A stretch of DNA of 64,000 nucleotides from Gemmatimonadaceae bacterium. Its GTDB lineage: Bacteria; Gemmatimonadota; Gemmatimonadetes; Gemmatimonadales; Gemmatimonadaceae. Location of the stretch: contig JBHYGA010000001.1 in the NCBI GenBank assembly GCA_051859245.1, positions 608,001 through 672,000 on the forward strand, written 5' to 3'. Positions 29,556 through 38,661 of the stretch are shown here, piece after piece; within the stretch, counting starts at the first letter, position 1; the number at the start of each line of letters is the position of its first letter. The notes under the pieces were generated by a model that saw nothing but the letters and a program-made list of their open reading frames with translations, had not been told where the DNA came from and did not search any database. The position numbers and the translations under genes are program-made.

Positions 29556-30791
29556 ATGGCTTTCTCCGTCCGCACCGCCGCTGTGGTGGCCGGCGCGCTC
29601 ATCGGCACCTCACTGGTGGCCTGTGCGCAGACCGGTACCAATGGCGCCGCGCCGAGCCGAACGACCGCCGCCGCTGCGTACGCGCCGGAGATCACCGAGG
29701 CCGACCTGCGCCGACGGCTGTATATCTACGCCGACGATTCCATGCAGGGGCGCGACGCCGGCAGCGTCGGGCATGAGCGCGCGCTGACGTACATCGTGGG
29801 CGAGCTCACGCGACTGGGCATCAAGCCCGCGGGCGTGAACGGTTACTACCAACGCGTTCCCATTCTCTCGCGCTCACGAGTGGGCGGCGCGCCGGCGGAT
29901 ACGAGCTGGTCACGCAACGTGATTGCGGTGATCGAAGGAAGTGACCCCACGTTGAAAGCCGAATACGTCGCGCTCGGTGCACACAGCGATCACGTGGGGT
30001 TCTCACGTCGACCGGTTGATCACGATTCCATGCGCGCATTCCTGCAGGCCGGATGGAATGCGATTGGACGTGATCCCAACGCGCGCGGGCCGTCACCGGA
30101 ACAGCGCGCCTCGATTCGCGTGAACGTGGATTCGCTGCGCACGATTCGTCCGGCGCGACTCGATTCCATTTACAACGGTGCCGACGATGACGGCTCCGGT
30201 TCCATGGCCCTGCTCGAGATCGCGGAAGCGTTCGCAACGAACGCCGCCAAGCCCAAGCGTTCGCTGCTGCTGGTGTGGCACACGGCGGAGGAGAAGGGAT
30301 TGATCGGCGCTGAGTGGTTCATGGACAATCCGACAGTCGCGCGAAACAGGATTGTCGCGCAGATCAACATTGATATGATCGGCCGCGGCGCGGCGCGTGA
30401 TGTCAAGGGTGGTGGTGATGACTTTATCACGATCCTTGGACCAAAGCGGCTCTCGTCGCAGTTTGATCAGTGGGTGCGCGATGTGAACAACAAACAGTCG
30501 CGTCCGCTTACGCTCGACTACGAGTTTGACGGCGATGGACACCCGCAGCAGTTCTACTGCCGCAGTGATCATTATCACTACGCGCGCTACGGCATTCCGA
30601 TCGCGTTCTTCTTTACCAGTATCCACGAAGATTATCATCAAGTCACCGATGAGCCGCAGTACATCGAATATCCGAAGTACACGCGCATCACGCGGTATCT
30701 GCATGAGCTGGCAGCGTTCACCGCGAATCAGGCAAACGCGCCGGTGATCGACAAACCCAGGCTAGATCCGAACGGTACGTGTCGTCAGTAG
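29556..30791 (+). CDS. M28 family metallopeptidase lipoprotein
   Basis: 'GAHSDH', 'NGADDDGSG', 'AEEKGL', 'NIDMIG', 'RSDH', 'DYHQVTD'; lipobox LVAC. Confidence 0.93.
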   Translation: MAFSVRTAAVVAGALIGTSLVACAQTGTNGAAPSRTTAAAAYAPEITEADLRRRLYIYADDSMQGRDAGSVGHERALTYIVGELTRLGIKPAGVNGYYQRVPILSRSRVGGAPADTSWSRNVIAVIEGSDPTLKAEYVALGAHSDHVGFSRRPVDHDSMRAFLQAGWNAIGRDPNARGPSPEQRASIRVNVDSLRTIRPARLDSIYNGADDDGSGSMALLEIAEAFATNAAKPKRSLLLVWHTAEEKGLIGAEWFMDNPTVARNRIVAQINIDMIGRGAARDVKGGGDDFITILGPKRLSSQFDQWVRDVNNKQSRPLTLDYEFDGDGHPQQFYCRSDHYHYARYGIPIAFFFTSIHEDYHQVTDEPQYIEYPKYTRITRYLHELAAFTANQANAPVIDKPRLDPNGTCRQ

Positions 30792-30837
30792 CACGCCGGT
30801 CTCTCGCGAACTCGTGTTCACCCCAATGGAGTAGTTG

Positions 30838-31599
30838 ATGGAGCTACTGTCGGATCCGAATGTCTGGATTTCGTTGCTGACGTTAACGGTGCTGGAAATT
30901 GTCCTTGGCATCGACAACATCATTTTCATTTCCATTCTGGCGTCGCGGCTGGAAAAGTCGCAGCAACCGAAGGCTCGCCGTCTTGGACTGATGGGCGCGT
31001 TTGTCAGTCGACTCGCGCTGCTGGCGTCGATTGCGTGGATTGCGGGGCTGACCAATCCACTGTTCACTTTTGTTGGACGCGGATGGGCCGGCCGCGATCT
31101 GATTCTTGTGTTTGGCGGTCTGTTCCTGATCGGCAAGGCCGTGCTCGAGATTCATCACAAGCTCGAACCGCAGGGCGCGACCAAGGACGAAGTGACAAAA
31201 GCCGCGTCGTCCATGCTGGCCGTCGTCTCCCAGATCATGGTCATCGACATCGTCTTCTCGCTCGACTCGGTGATCACCGCGGTCGGCATGGCCGAACATC
31301 TGGAGGTGATGATTGCCGCCAATGTCATCGCCCTGGCAGTGATGCTGGCGGCGGTCACGCCGGTGAGCGAGTTCGTGGAGAAGCACCCCACCGTGAAAAT
31401 GCTGGCGCTCGCGTTCCTGGTGCTGATCGGTACCAACCTTGTGGCGGAGGGCTTCGGTCAGCACATCTCCAAGGGCTACACGTATTTCGCGATGGCCTTC
31501 TCGGTACTCGTGGAAATGCTGAACTTGCGGCTGCGGAAGTCGATCGTGCCGGTTGAACTGCGCGTGGAAGACGACGCGGAGCCGCGCGCAAAGAGCTAG
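30838..31599 (+). CDS. TerC family membrane protein (YegH/YkoY-like)
   Basis: 'LEIVLGIDN', 'DIVFSLDSVITAVG', 'KGYTYFAMAFS'. Confidence 0.93.
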   Translation: MELLSDPNVWISLLTLTVLEIVLGIDNIIFISILASRLEKSQQPKARRLGLMGAFVSRLALLASIAWIAGLTNPLFTFVGRGWAGRDLILVFGGLFLIGKAVLEIHHKLEPQGATKDEVTKAASSMLAVVSQIMVIDIVFSLDSVITAVGMAEHLEVMIAANVIALAVMLAAVTPVSEFVEKHPTVKMLALAFLVLIGTNLVAEGFGQHISKGYTYFAMAFSVLVEMLNLRLRKSIVPVELRVEDDAEPRAKS

Positions 31600-31639
31600 C
31601 GGCATCGTTCGCCAACGCACGACTCATCGTGCTGACCTG

Positions 31640-31685
31640 AAATCCGCTGTCTTCTGTGTCACCCACAGGAGACAGCGGATTTTTT
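31640..31685 (+). terminator. Intrinsic terminator after the TerC gene
   Basis: AAATCCGCTGTCTTCTGTG-loop-CACAGGAGACAGCGGATTT followed by a T run. Confidence 0.85.
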
Positions 31686-31811
31686 GCATGGGCTCCACGC
31701 GGTCGCGCAAGCCGTTGTGGCGATTGTACTTGGGCGTTTGACGCTGCCGTCGGGCACGCTGGCCCGCGACGTGCACCTGGGCAGAGCAACCAAGTCCTCC
31801 AGGAGGGGATC

Positions 31812-32510
31812 ATGAACACTGCTCTTGTCCGTCGCGCTTCCGTGGTCCGTCGCCCCGTCGTCACTGCAGACTCCCATTCTGCGTCCGTCAAGCTGTGGCT
31901 GGCGGCGGGTGCGGCGATCACGGTCCTCGCGCTCACGCCGCTGCAACTGCGCGCGCAAACGGGACTGGGCATCGGCGGCGCTGTCACGCCGTACGCCGGT
32001 TATCTGATCACGGGGCAGTGGTACGACGGTCCCGTTGGGACATCGCTGTCCACGGCGAACACGCCCATGATTGGCGCGCAGTTGTCAATTCCGCTTACGG
32101 CCGGCCTCTCGCTCACTGGCAATGTGGGCTACGCGTCGGGCGACGTACGCGTGGGGCTGCCCATCATTGGTGGCGTGAATGTGGGGAGCAACCGCATGTG
32201 GGTGTACGACGCCGGCCTCGAGCTGGGCGGTCTGGCACGCGGCGGGCAGGGGATCGCACCGTTCGTGCAGGGCGGGATTGGTGGCATGACCAACAACATT
32301 CAGAACCGGTTGCTCAACATCCAGTCCACGAACCTCATGTACTCCGCTGGGGTAGGCGTTGATGTGGGAGTGTCCCGCAACATCGCGCTGCGCATTCAGG
32401 CCAAGGACTACATCGGTCGGTTCGATTCGCAGGAGGCCGTGGGTGTGACAACGCGTGGGAACCTCTCGCACAACTGGGCCTTGAGTGCAGGTGTAAAGCT
32501 CGCCTTCTAG
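31812..32510 (+). CDS. Outer-membrane beta-barrel protein (8-strand type)
   Basis: GGAGG RBS; signal peptide; 'APFVQGGIG', 'YSAGVGVD'; C-terminal 'LSAGVKLAF'. Confidence 0.82.
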   Translation: MNTALVRRASVVRRPVVTADSHSASVKLWLAAGAAITVLALTPLQLRAQTGLGIGGAVTPYAGYLITGQWYDGPVGTSLSTANTPMIGAQLSIPLTAGLSLTGNVGYASGDVRVGLPIIGGVNVGSNRMWVYDAGLELGGLARGGQGIAPFVQGGIGGMTNNIQNRLLNIQSTNLMYSAGVGVDVGVSRNIALRIQAKDYIGRFDSQEAVGVTTRGNLSHNWALSAGVKLAF

Positions 32511-32554
32511 CCGCTTCGCGTTAGACTAGGCGAGACGCGTTTCTGACCTCCATC

Positions 32555-34366
32555 GTGATGCCACTCGTGCCACTTGCCATGCTGTCCGACGTTGCCCTGC
32601 CGCTGTTCCGACGCGTGTCGTTCGCGCTCGCACTGATCGCGCCCGCTCTCGTCTCGGCGCAGACACAGACGCAGACACCGCCGCCGCCGCGTTTCGATTC
32701 GCTCACGATCGATCAGACGCGTTCAGCGAGCGGAGAATCGCGGACCGTATCGGCCGATGGATCGCGGGCACGGGCGGCGCAGGATGCGTTCGAACGCAAT
32801 CGCCGCGCCGGTCTGCGCTTTTACAATGGCGGCGCCAATGCGTCGTGCGAAGTGCAAATCGGCACGCTGTGTTACTGGAACAACAATGGCGATGTACCGC
32901 CGCCGGCAGAGCGCACGGATCTGATCATCGAGCGCGATCGGCTGCTGGATTTGCTCGCGCAGGCGGCGCGCAGCGATCCGGCAGATGACTGGGTGGCGGG
33001 CATGCGCGTTCGCTATGCCCTGGAACAACAGAAGCTCCCGCTGGCCATCGAGGCAGCGCGTGAGTGTGGTGGCACGGCGTGGTGGTGCGCGGCGCTGCGT
33101 GGGCTGGCGTTGCACGCCTCTGACATGCACGTCGACGCGTCGACTGCTTTTGATCGTGCGCTCAGCAGTATGAGCGATTCCATGCGCTGTGAATGGACGG
33201 ATCTTACGCCGTGGCTTCCCACGTCCACACACGAGGCGTATCGCGCCAAGAGTTGCGCACTGCGCGCGTCGGACAACGCGCGCATTCTTCGACTCGCGCA
33301 GCCGCTGTGGCTCTTGCCGGCGAACGATCTGCGCAATGAACTGTTCTCGCGCCACATCATTTCAATCGTACACGGGCAGGGACGCATCCCGTACGATATG
33401 TCGTTCGACGGATCGATTCCGGCAATTCAGGTGCGCTACGGATGGCCCACCGCGTGGTCCATGCAAACGGCTGGTGCGCTCGATCCACGACTGCCCAGCA
33501 TCATCGGTCACGAGCCAACCCCAAGCTACGACTTCATGCCGACCGCGTCGGCGATTACCTCGCCGCTGATGGCGACCGAAGGAGACTGGGAGCCCGATCG
33601 CAAAGACTCGCGCATGCGCTATGCCACACGATATGCGACGGGCTTTGGCATGCTGCCGCATCAGATCGCACGCTTCAAGCGCGGTGACAGTACGGTGATT
33701 GCCGGTGCGTGGCGCCTGATGCGCGAGCAGCGCATGGGCCCTGCACCATACCAGGTGGGGCTGTTTGTCGCAGACGACTCTGCGCTCGTGATCTCACGCA
33801 CCCTCAAAGACAGTGCGCCTGCGAACGGCGCTGTTGTGACGGCGCTCGGCAAGAGTGCCAAGCTTGTCTCGCTCGAGATCATGGCGCCAACGGCCAAGCG
33901 CGCCACGCGCGTTCGTACGGCGGTACAACCGCTGACCAACGGCGTTCGTATCAGCGACATGCTGCTGCTGGCGGCCGGAGACGCAGGCGCCACACCGTCG
34001 CTCGAAAGCGTCGCAGGACGTGCGTGGGGCAGCAACGATATTGTGCCGGGCCGATCGTTCGGTTTGTACTGGGAAACCTATGTGCCCGTGTCGCCCGACG
34101 CGCCGTTGCAAGTGACCGTGCGCGCAACGCGCACGAGTTCCAGTTTCTCGCAGCGCATTACCAACGCGCTGCGCCTGTCGCGTGCGATGACACCGGTGGC
34201 CATCAGCTTCCGTGATGCGGGACGCCCGGACGGCCTGCCGGGGCGTGCGGTGCAGTTTACGTGGCCCGAGGTACCGCCGGGCGAGTATCGACTCACTGTC
34301 AAGCTGGAAGGTGCGAAGGGCGTGGACAGCACGTCGCAACTCTTCACGATACGCGGCGAGCGCTAG
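32555..34366 (+). CDS. Hypothetical secreted Cys-containing protein (helical N-half, Ig-like C-terminus)
   Basis: Signal peptide; long open frame; 'RYGWP'; C-terminal 'PPGEYRLTVKL'. Confidence 0.65.
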   Translation: MMPLVPLAMLSDVALPLFRRVSFALALIAPALVSAQTQTQTPPPPRFDSLTIDQTRSASGESRTVSADGSRARAAQDAFERNRRAGLRFYNGGANASCEVQIGTLCYWNNNGDVPPPAERTDLIIERDRLLDLLAQAARSDPADDWVAGMRVRYALEQQKLPLAIEAARECGGTAWWCAALRGLALHASDMHVDASTAFDRALSSMSDSMRCEWTDLTPWLPTSTHEAYRAKSCALRASDNARILRLAQPLWLLPANDLRNELFSRHIISIVHGQGRIPYDMSFDGSIPAIQVRYGWPTAWSMQTAGALDPRLPSIIGHEPTPSYDFMPTASAITSPLMATEGDWEPDRKDSRMRYATRYATGFGMLPHQIARFKRGDSTVIAGAWRLMREQRMGPAPYQVGLFVADDSALVISRTLKDSAPANGAVVTALGKSAKLVSLEIMAPTAKRATRVRTAVQPLTNGVRISDMLLLAAGDAGATPSLESVAGRAWGSNDIVPGRSFGLYWETYVPVSPDAPLQVTVRATRTSSSFSQRITNALRLSRAMTPVAISFRDAGRPDGLPGRAVQFTWPEVPPGEYRLTVKLEGAKGVDSTSQLFTIRGER

Positions 34367-34944
34367 GGCGTTGCTGGAACCGTGCTCATGACACTGGCGA
34401 TGCCGAGCACGAGAAACACACCGAGCAGGGCAAAGGTGAGACTACGACTCGTGCCGCCCACACGGCGCAGCAGCTGTGTGGCATCGTCGTCTCCCATGGG
34501 CTGCATCCCAACCACGCGAATCGCCGTGCTGGCGCGCCGAAACAGCAGCCAGTTCGCAACACCTCCCGCGGCAAGACGCGACGAGATCTGCACCGCAAAG
34601 AGCATGTACACGACCTGACGATTTTCCGGCTTGAGAATCGCCTCTGGCGTGAGTCCGCCTGCCGTGGGCACGAGCCAATCGAGCACCGCGCCCGGAAGAA
34701 AAAAGAACACGGCAAACCACCAGTACATCTTGCGGTACAGAAACCAGAAGGGCAGTGCGAGCGCCGCCGACCAGTTCCAGGTTGGCACAAACGACGGATC
34801 CTCCATAAACACCGCGAGCTTGCGCCGGTAGGAGCTCTCCCAGCGCGGGCCGATAAAGGCACCCATGCGTTGCTGAAAGACACTGTCCACCGGCGTTGGC
34901 TGCTGCGGCGCGATGTCCTGATTCGTTTGTGATTCGTCTGGCAT
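34363..34944 (-). CDS. DUF2628-like membrane protein
   Basis: 'TWNWSAA...FWFLYRKMY', 'ANWL', 'GGTS'. Confidence 0.8.
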   Translation of the reverse strand: MPDESQTNQDIAPQQPTPVDSVFQQRMGAFIGPRWESSYRRKLAVFMEDPSFVPTWNWSAALALPFWFLYRKMYWWFAVFFFLPGAVLDWLVPTAGGLTPEAILKPENRQVVYMLFAVQISSRLAAGGVANWLLFRRASTAIRVVGMQPMGDDDATQLLRRVGGTSRSLTFALLGVFLVLGIASVMSTVPATP

Positions 34945-34950
34945 GATGAG

Positions 34951-36048
34951 TTACGGCGTACGTGCAGATGGCTGCTGCTGCGTGAGGCAATGCAACGTGC
35001 CAAGCCCCCACACAAGATCTACCGCGTGAATGCCCACCACGCGGCGTGTGGGAAACAGTTCAGCGATGATGTTCAGCGCGATGCGATCGTTCGCATCGTT
35101 GAACGTTGGCACAATCACTACGGTGTTGCCGATGTAGAAGTTTGCATAGCTCGCCGGCAGACGCTGTCCGTCCATGATCACCGCACGCGGATACGGCAAC
35201 GTGACCACGCGCAACTTCTCACCGCGCGCGTCGACCGCGTGCTGCAGCCGGTGAAGATTGTCCAGTGACCGGACGTGGTTTTCATCCGACGGATCCGTCT
35301 CGTGCGCCAGTACCACTACACCGGGCGCTACGAATCGTGCGATGTCATCCACGTGACCGTGCGTATCGTCGCCGACGCACCCTTCACCCAGCCAGATTGT
35401 GTGCGTAATGCCGAGCGTCTTGGCAAACGCACGTTCGTAATCGGCGCGTGTCATGCCGGGATTGCGCACTTGCACGTCGGACAGCAGCCACTCTTCCGTA
35501 ACGAGCATCGTGCCAAGCCCATCGGTCTCGATGCCGCCGCCTTCAAGTACCAGCGGAGCCCCGGTGTCCGGTCGTTTGGCGGCAATGAGCGGCAGGCCCG
35601 TTACGGTGTGCACGATCTCGGGAATGCGCTGATCGTTGGCGTAGTTGTCGTACTTGGCCCAGGCGTTGAAATCCCAACGCATCAGCGAAACGAGACCCGT
35701 TGCATCCATCACGCCCGTTGGCCCACTGTCGCGCAGCCACACACGATCCGTGGCGGCCACGTGCAAGCGATAGGCGTCCTGCGGAACGGCGTGCATGTCG
35801 AGACAGGCAATCGCATCCTCGCGCACCGCGTCACTATTGCACACGATCTCCACGCGCTCACTGCCGGCGAGCGCGCGCACGATTTCCGCGTACACCCACG
35901 GAATCGGCTCGAACTTTCCGGGCCAATCCGGCTCGTGATGCGGCCACGCAATCCAGGTGGCATCGTGCGGCTCCCACTCGGCCGGCATGCGCCAGCCTAT
36001 GAGCGGTGTCACCACATCGGGTGTTGCCAGCGAATCAATCGGCGCCAC
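34951..36048 (-). CDS. aguA: Agmatine deiminase
   Basis: 'RMPAEWEPH', 'WLRDSGP', 'LEGGGI', 'DDTHGHVDD', 'ASYANF' and catalytic 'GTLHCLTQQ'. Confidence 0.93.
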   Translation of the reverse strand: MAPIDSLATPDVVTPLIGWRMPAEWEPHDATWIAWPHHEPDWPGKFEPIPWVYAEIVRALAGSERVEIVCNSDAVREDAIACLDMHAVPQDAYRLHVAATDRVWLRDSGPTGVMDATGLVSLMRWDFNAWAKYDNYANDQRIPEIVHTVTGLPLIAAKRPDTGAPLVLEGGGIETDGLGTMLVTEEWLLSDVQVRNPGMTRADYERAFAKTLGITHTIWLGEGCVGDDTHGHVDDIARFVAPGVVVLAHETDPSDENHVRSLDNLHRLQHAVDARGEKLRVVTLPYPRAVIMDGQRLPASYANFYIGNTVVIVPTFNDANDRIALNIIAELFPTRRVVGIHAVDLVWGLGTLHCLTQQQPSARTP

Positions 36049-36056
36049 GGTTCTGT

Positions 36057-36980
36057 TTACTCCGCAATCCAGCGATTCAAAATCGGACCGTACGCATCAA
36101 TGCGACGATCGCGCAGGAACGGCCAGTTACGACGCGTTTCTTCGATCAGGTTGAGATCACATTCAGCCACGAGCACCGCCGGATCCGTGCCCGCTTCGGC
36201 GAGATAGCGACCGAATGGATCGGCTATAAACGACTGACCAAAGAACTCAATGCCGTCGGTTCCCGCTTCGGGTTCAAGACCAACACGATTCGGCGACGCG
36301 ACAAACACGCCATTGGCAATGGCGTGCGAACGCTGCATCGTGCGCCACGCTTCCACCTGCGCGGTGCCGAACGTGCTTTTCTCTGCTGGATGCCAGCCGA
36401 TCGCCGTGGGATAAAACAAAATCTCGGCGCCGAGCAGCGACGTGATGCGCGCGCCTTCGGGATACCACTGATCCCAGCAAATGAGCACGCCAATATCCGC
36501 ATACTTTGTGCGCCACATGCGGAACCCGTTGATTCCGGGATGTTTGTCGCTGCGCAGATCCGGTCCGACATCTCCCGGCGCGAAGTAGTACTTCTCTTCG
36601 AACAACGGGTCGTGTGGAATGTGCATCTTGCGATACGTGCCGAGCAGGGCACCGTCGGCGTCAATCACGCATGCGGAGTTGCGATAGAGCCCCGCGGCCT
36701 GACGTTCGTAGATCGGCACCACAAGCACGACGGCCAGTTCTTTCGCGAGTTCCTGCAACGTGCGCACGGTGTCGCCCGCAATGGGCTCGGCGAGATCAAA
36801 GCGTTCAATGCGCAACGACTTGCAGAAGTACGGTGCGTTGAAGAGCTCTTGCAACGCAATGATCTGCGCACCGCGTGCTGCGGCCTCGCGGATGCGCGTA
36901 ACAGTGCGCTCCAGATTGGCGGCGCGGTCATCGCTGGCGGTCTCCTGAATGAGACCGACGGAAACGGGGCGTCGGGACAT
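36057..36980 (-). CDS. aguB: N-carbamoylputrescine amidase (carbon-nitrogen hydrolase)
   Basis: E-K-C triad: 'LQELF', 'YRKMHIP', 'ICWDQWYPE'; adjacent to aguA. Confidence 0.88.
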   Translation of the reverse strand: MSRRPVSVGLIQETASDDRAANLERTVTRIREAAARGAQIIALQELFNAPYFCKSLRIERFDLAEPIAGDTVRTLQELAKELAVVLVVPIYERQAAGLYRNSACVIDADGALLGTYRKMHIPHDPLFEEKYYFAPGDVGPDLRSDKHPGINGFRMWRTKYADIGVLICWDQWYPEGARITSLLGAEILFYPTAIGWHPAEKSTFGTAQVEAWRTMQRSHAIANGVFVASPNRVGLEPEAGTDGIEFFGQSFIADPFGRYLAEAGTDPAVLVAECDLNLIEETRRNWPFLRDRRIDAYGPILNRWIAE

Positions 36981-37158
36981 GTGCACGTGGGGCGCGAGAC
37001 GGGTATCGGCACGCGCAGGCGCGCGTGTAATCCTGAAAGTTCGTTGATTCACGCGCTGGGGGGTAGGGCTTGCCAGAGATGCGTGACCGTAGAATCACGG
37101 AGGCGATCCGTACCACTCCGGGGATGATTGACCGCGCGATCGCGTCGAGATTAGGCGC

Positions 37159-37899
37159 ATGTCACAATCCTGGGTTCACTACGTACCGATCATCACAACA
37201 CTTGTGGGTGTTGTGTTCGCGAAAACGCTGTTTGCACACTGGCGCCGCAAACCAGACGCAACGTATTTGCTCTGGTGGTTTCTGGGCATCGCGACCTATG
37301 TGGCCGGCACGCTGGCGGAAAGTATTACCGCCTTCGTTGGGTGGGACCCTGTAGTCTTCCGCACGTGGTATATCGCGGGGGCGCTGCTCGGGGCCGCTCC
37401 GCTCGCCCAGGGTACGGTCTACCTGCTCATGCCTCGGCGAACGGCACATGCGCTCACCGTCATGTTGCTGCTCGCGGTGGTCGTGGCGGGCACGTTTGTC
37501 GTGCTCTCTCCCCTGAATCTTGCGCATCCGGCGGTTGAGGCCGGTCGACTTACCGGTCAGGTGCTGGAATGGACCTGGGTGCGGCGCTTCTCGCCGTTCC
37601 TCAACTTGTACGCGTTTGTGTTTCTCGTGGGTGGCGCCGCCTGGTCGGCCTGGCGCTACCGGCGCGTTGAGGGTGCAGGTGCACGTGTGCGAGGGAACGC
37701 CTTGATCGCGGTCGGCACGTTGCTGCCGGGTATCGGTGGTATGGCCACGCGCTACGGCTACACCGAAGTGCTGTTCGTGACCGAGCTGGTGGGTCTGTTG
37801 CTGGTGTGGCTGGGTTACCGACTCATGGTGCAGACGCGTGCGCCGAGCGTGCACTCGGCGCAGCAACTCACGATGACGGCGGATCAAGTAGCGGCGTGA
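37159..37899 (+). CDS. Hypothetical polytopic membrane protein (about 7 TM)
   Basis: About seven hydrophobic segments; no soluble domain. Confidence 0.75.
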   Translation: MSQSWVHYVPIITTLVGVVFAKTLFAHWRRKPDATYLLWWFLGIATYVAGTLAESITAFVGWDPVVFRTWYIAGALLGAAPLAQGTVYLLMPRRTAHALTVMLLLAVVVAGTFVVLSPLNLAHPAVEAGRLTGQVLEWTWVRRFSPFLNLYAFVFLVGGAAWSAWRYRRVEGAGARVRGNALIAVGTLLPGIGGMATRYGYTEVLFVTELVGLLLVWLGYRLMVQTRAPSVHSAQQLTMTADQVAA

Positions 37900-38584
37900 G
37901 ATAACAGTGCAGTACTCGACGCAAATCGTCGAGCAACGGTTTTTTCTCTGCTTGCACGGCGCGATCGCGTCTGGCGAGCAGTGCCTGTCCGATTGACGAG
38001 CACACCATGGCGGCGCGGCGTCGATCTCGCGCTGGAAGTTTCGGATTGCGCGCAGCGAACAACAAGTCGAGTCGATCAACGATGGACTCAAACAGTTGCG
38101 CGCGAATGCGATTCGGCGCAGCGCCGGTTGAATCAATCGGTGCGTCGGCCGTCATGAACACGCGTCGGAACGCCGGATTGCGATCGTGAAACGCGGCCAG
38201 CGGGCGCACAATACGATCGATCAGTCGATCCAGTGGCAATCCACGCGGATCGGTCGCGAACGCTTTCTCGTGAATGCGTCGCAGTTCATCGGCGAAACGC
38301 ATGGCCAGCGCCGCGACCACGGCTTCACGGTTGGGAAAGAACTGATACAGCGAACCTTTGGCCGTGCGCGCGCGAAGCGCGATTGCTTCGGCGGTCGCAG
38401 CATTGAGTCCATGTTCAGCGATGACCTCGGCCGCGGCGTCGAGCAGCAGATCCACGCGTCGCTGACCACGCGACTGTCGCGGTACGCGTCTGTACGTGGG
38501 TTCGGACGCATTCTCCACGGCTGGCGACTCGCTGGGAGCGGCCGGCGCACGCGTGGATGGACGTTTGGCTGGACGTGGGGGCAT
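37868..38584 (-). CDS. TetR/AcrR family transcriptional regulator
   Basis: 'PRQSRGQRR', HTH 'IALRARTAKGSLYQFFPNRE'. Confidence 0.92.
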   Translation of the reverse strand: MPPRPAKRPSTRAPAAPSESPAVENASEPTYRRVPRQSRGQRRVDLLLDAAAEVIAEHGLNAATAEAIALRARTAKGSLYQFFPNREAVVAALAMRFADELRRIHEKAFATDPRGLPLDRLIDRIVRPLAAFHDRNPAFRRVFMTADAPIDSTGAAPNRIRAQLFESIVDRLDLLFAARNPKLPARDRRRAAMVCSSIGQALLARRDRAVQAEKKPLLDDLRRVLHCYLTPLLDPPSS

Positions 38585-38661
38585 GCCGAGGGACAGAGAG
38601 TGAGTGGCTTCGGCGAATATGAGCGCGACACCTGCTGGACACAACGGAACGTTCGCGACGA

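Noticed and set aside
25482..31599. TerB-like and TerC genes as a tellurite-resistance operon
   Set aside because: They are separated by unrelated genes, terA/D/Z are absent, and the TerC is of the stand-alone type.
20900..37160. Riboswitch candidates (preQ1 before queC, yybP-ykoY before terC, guanidine before aguB, c-di-AMP before NlpC/P60)
   Set aside because: I could not find the conserved cores by eye and the leaders are short; an Rfam/Infernal scan would be needed to exclude them fully.
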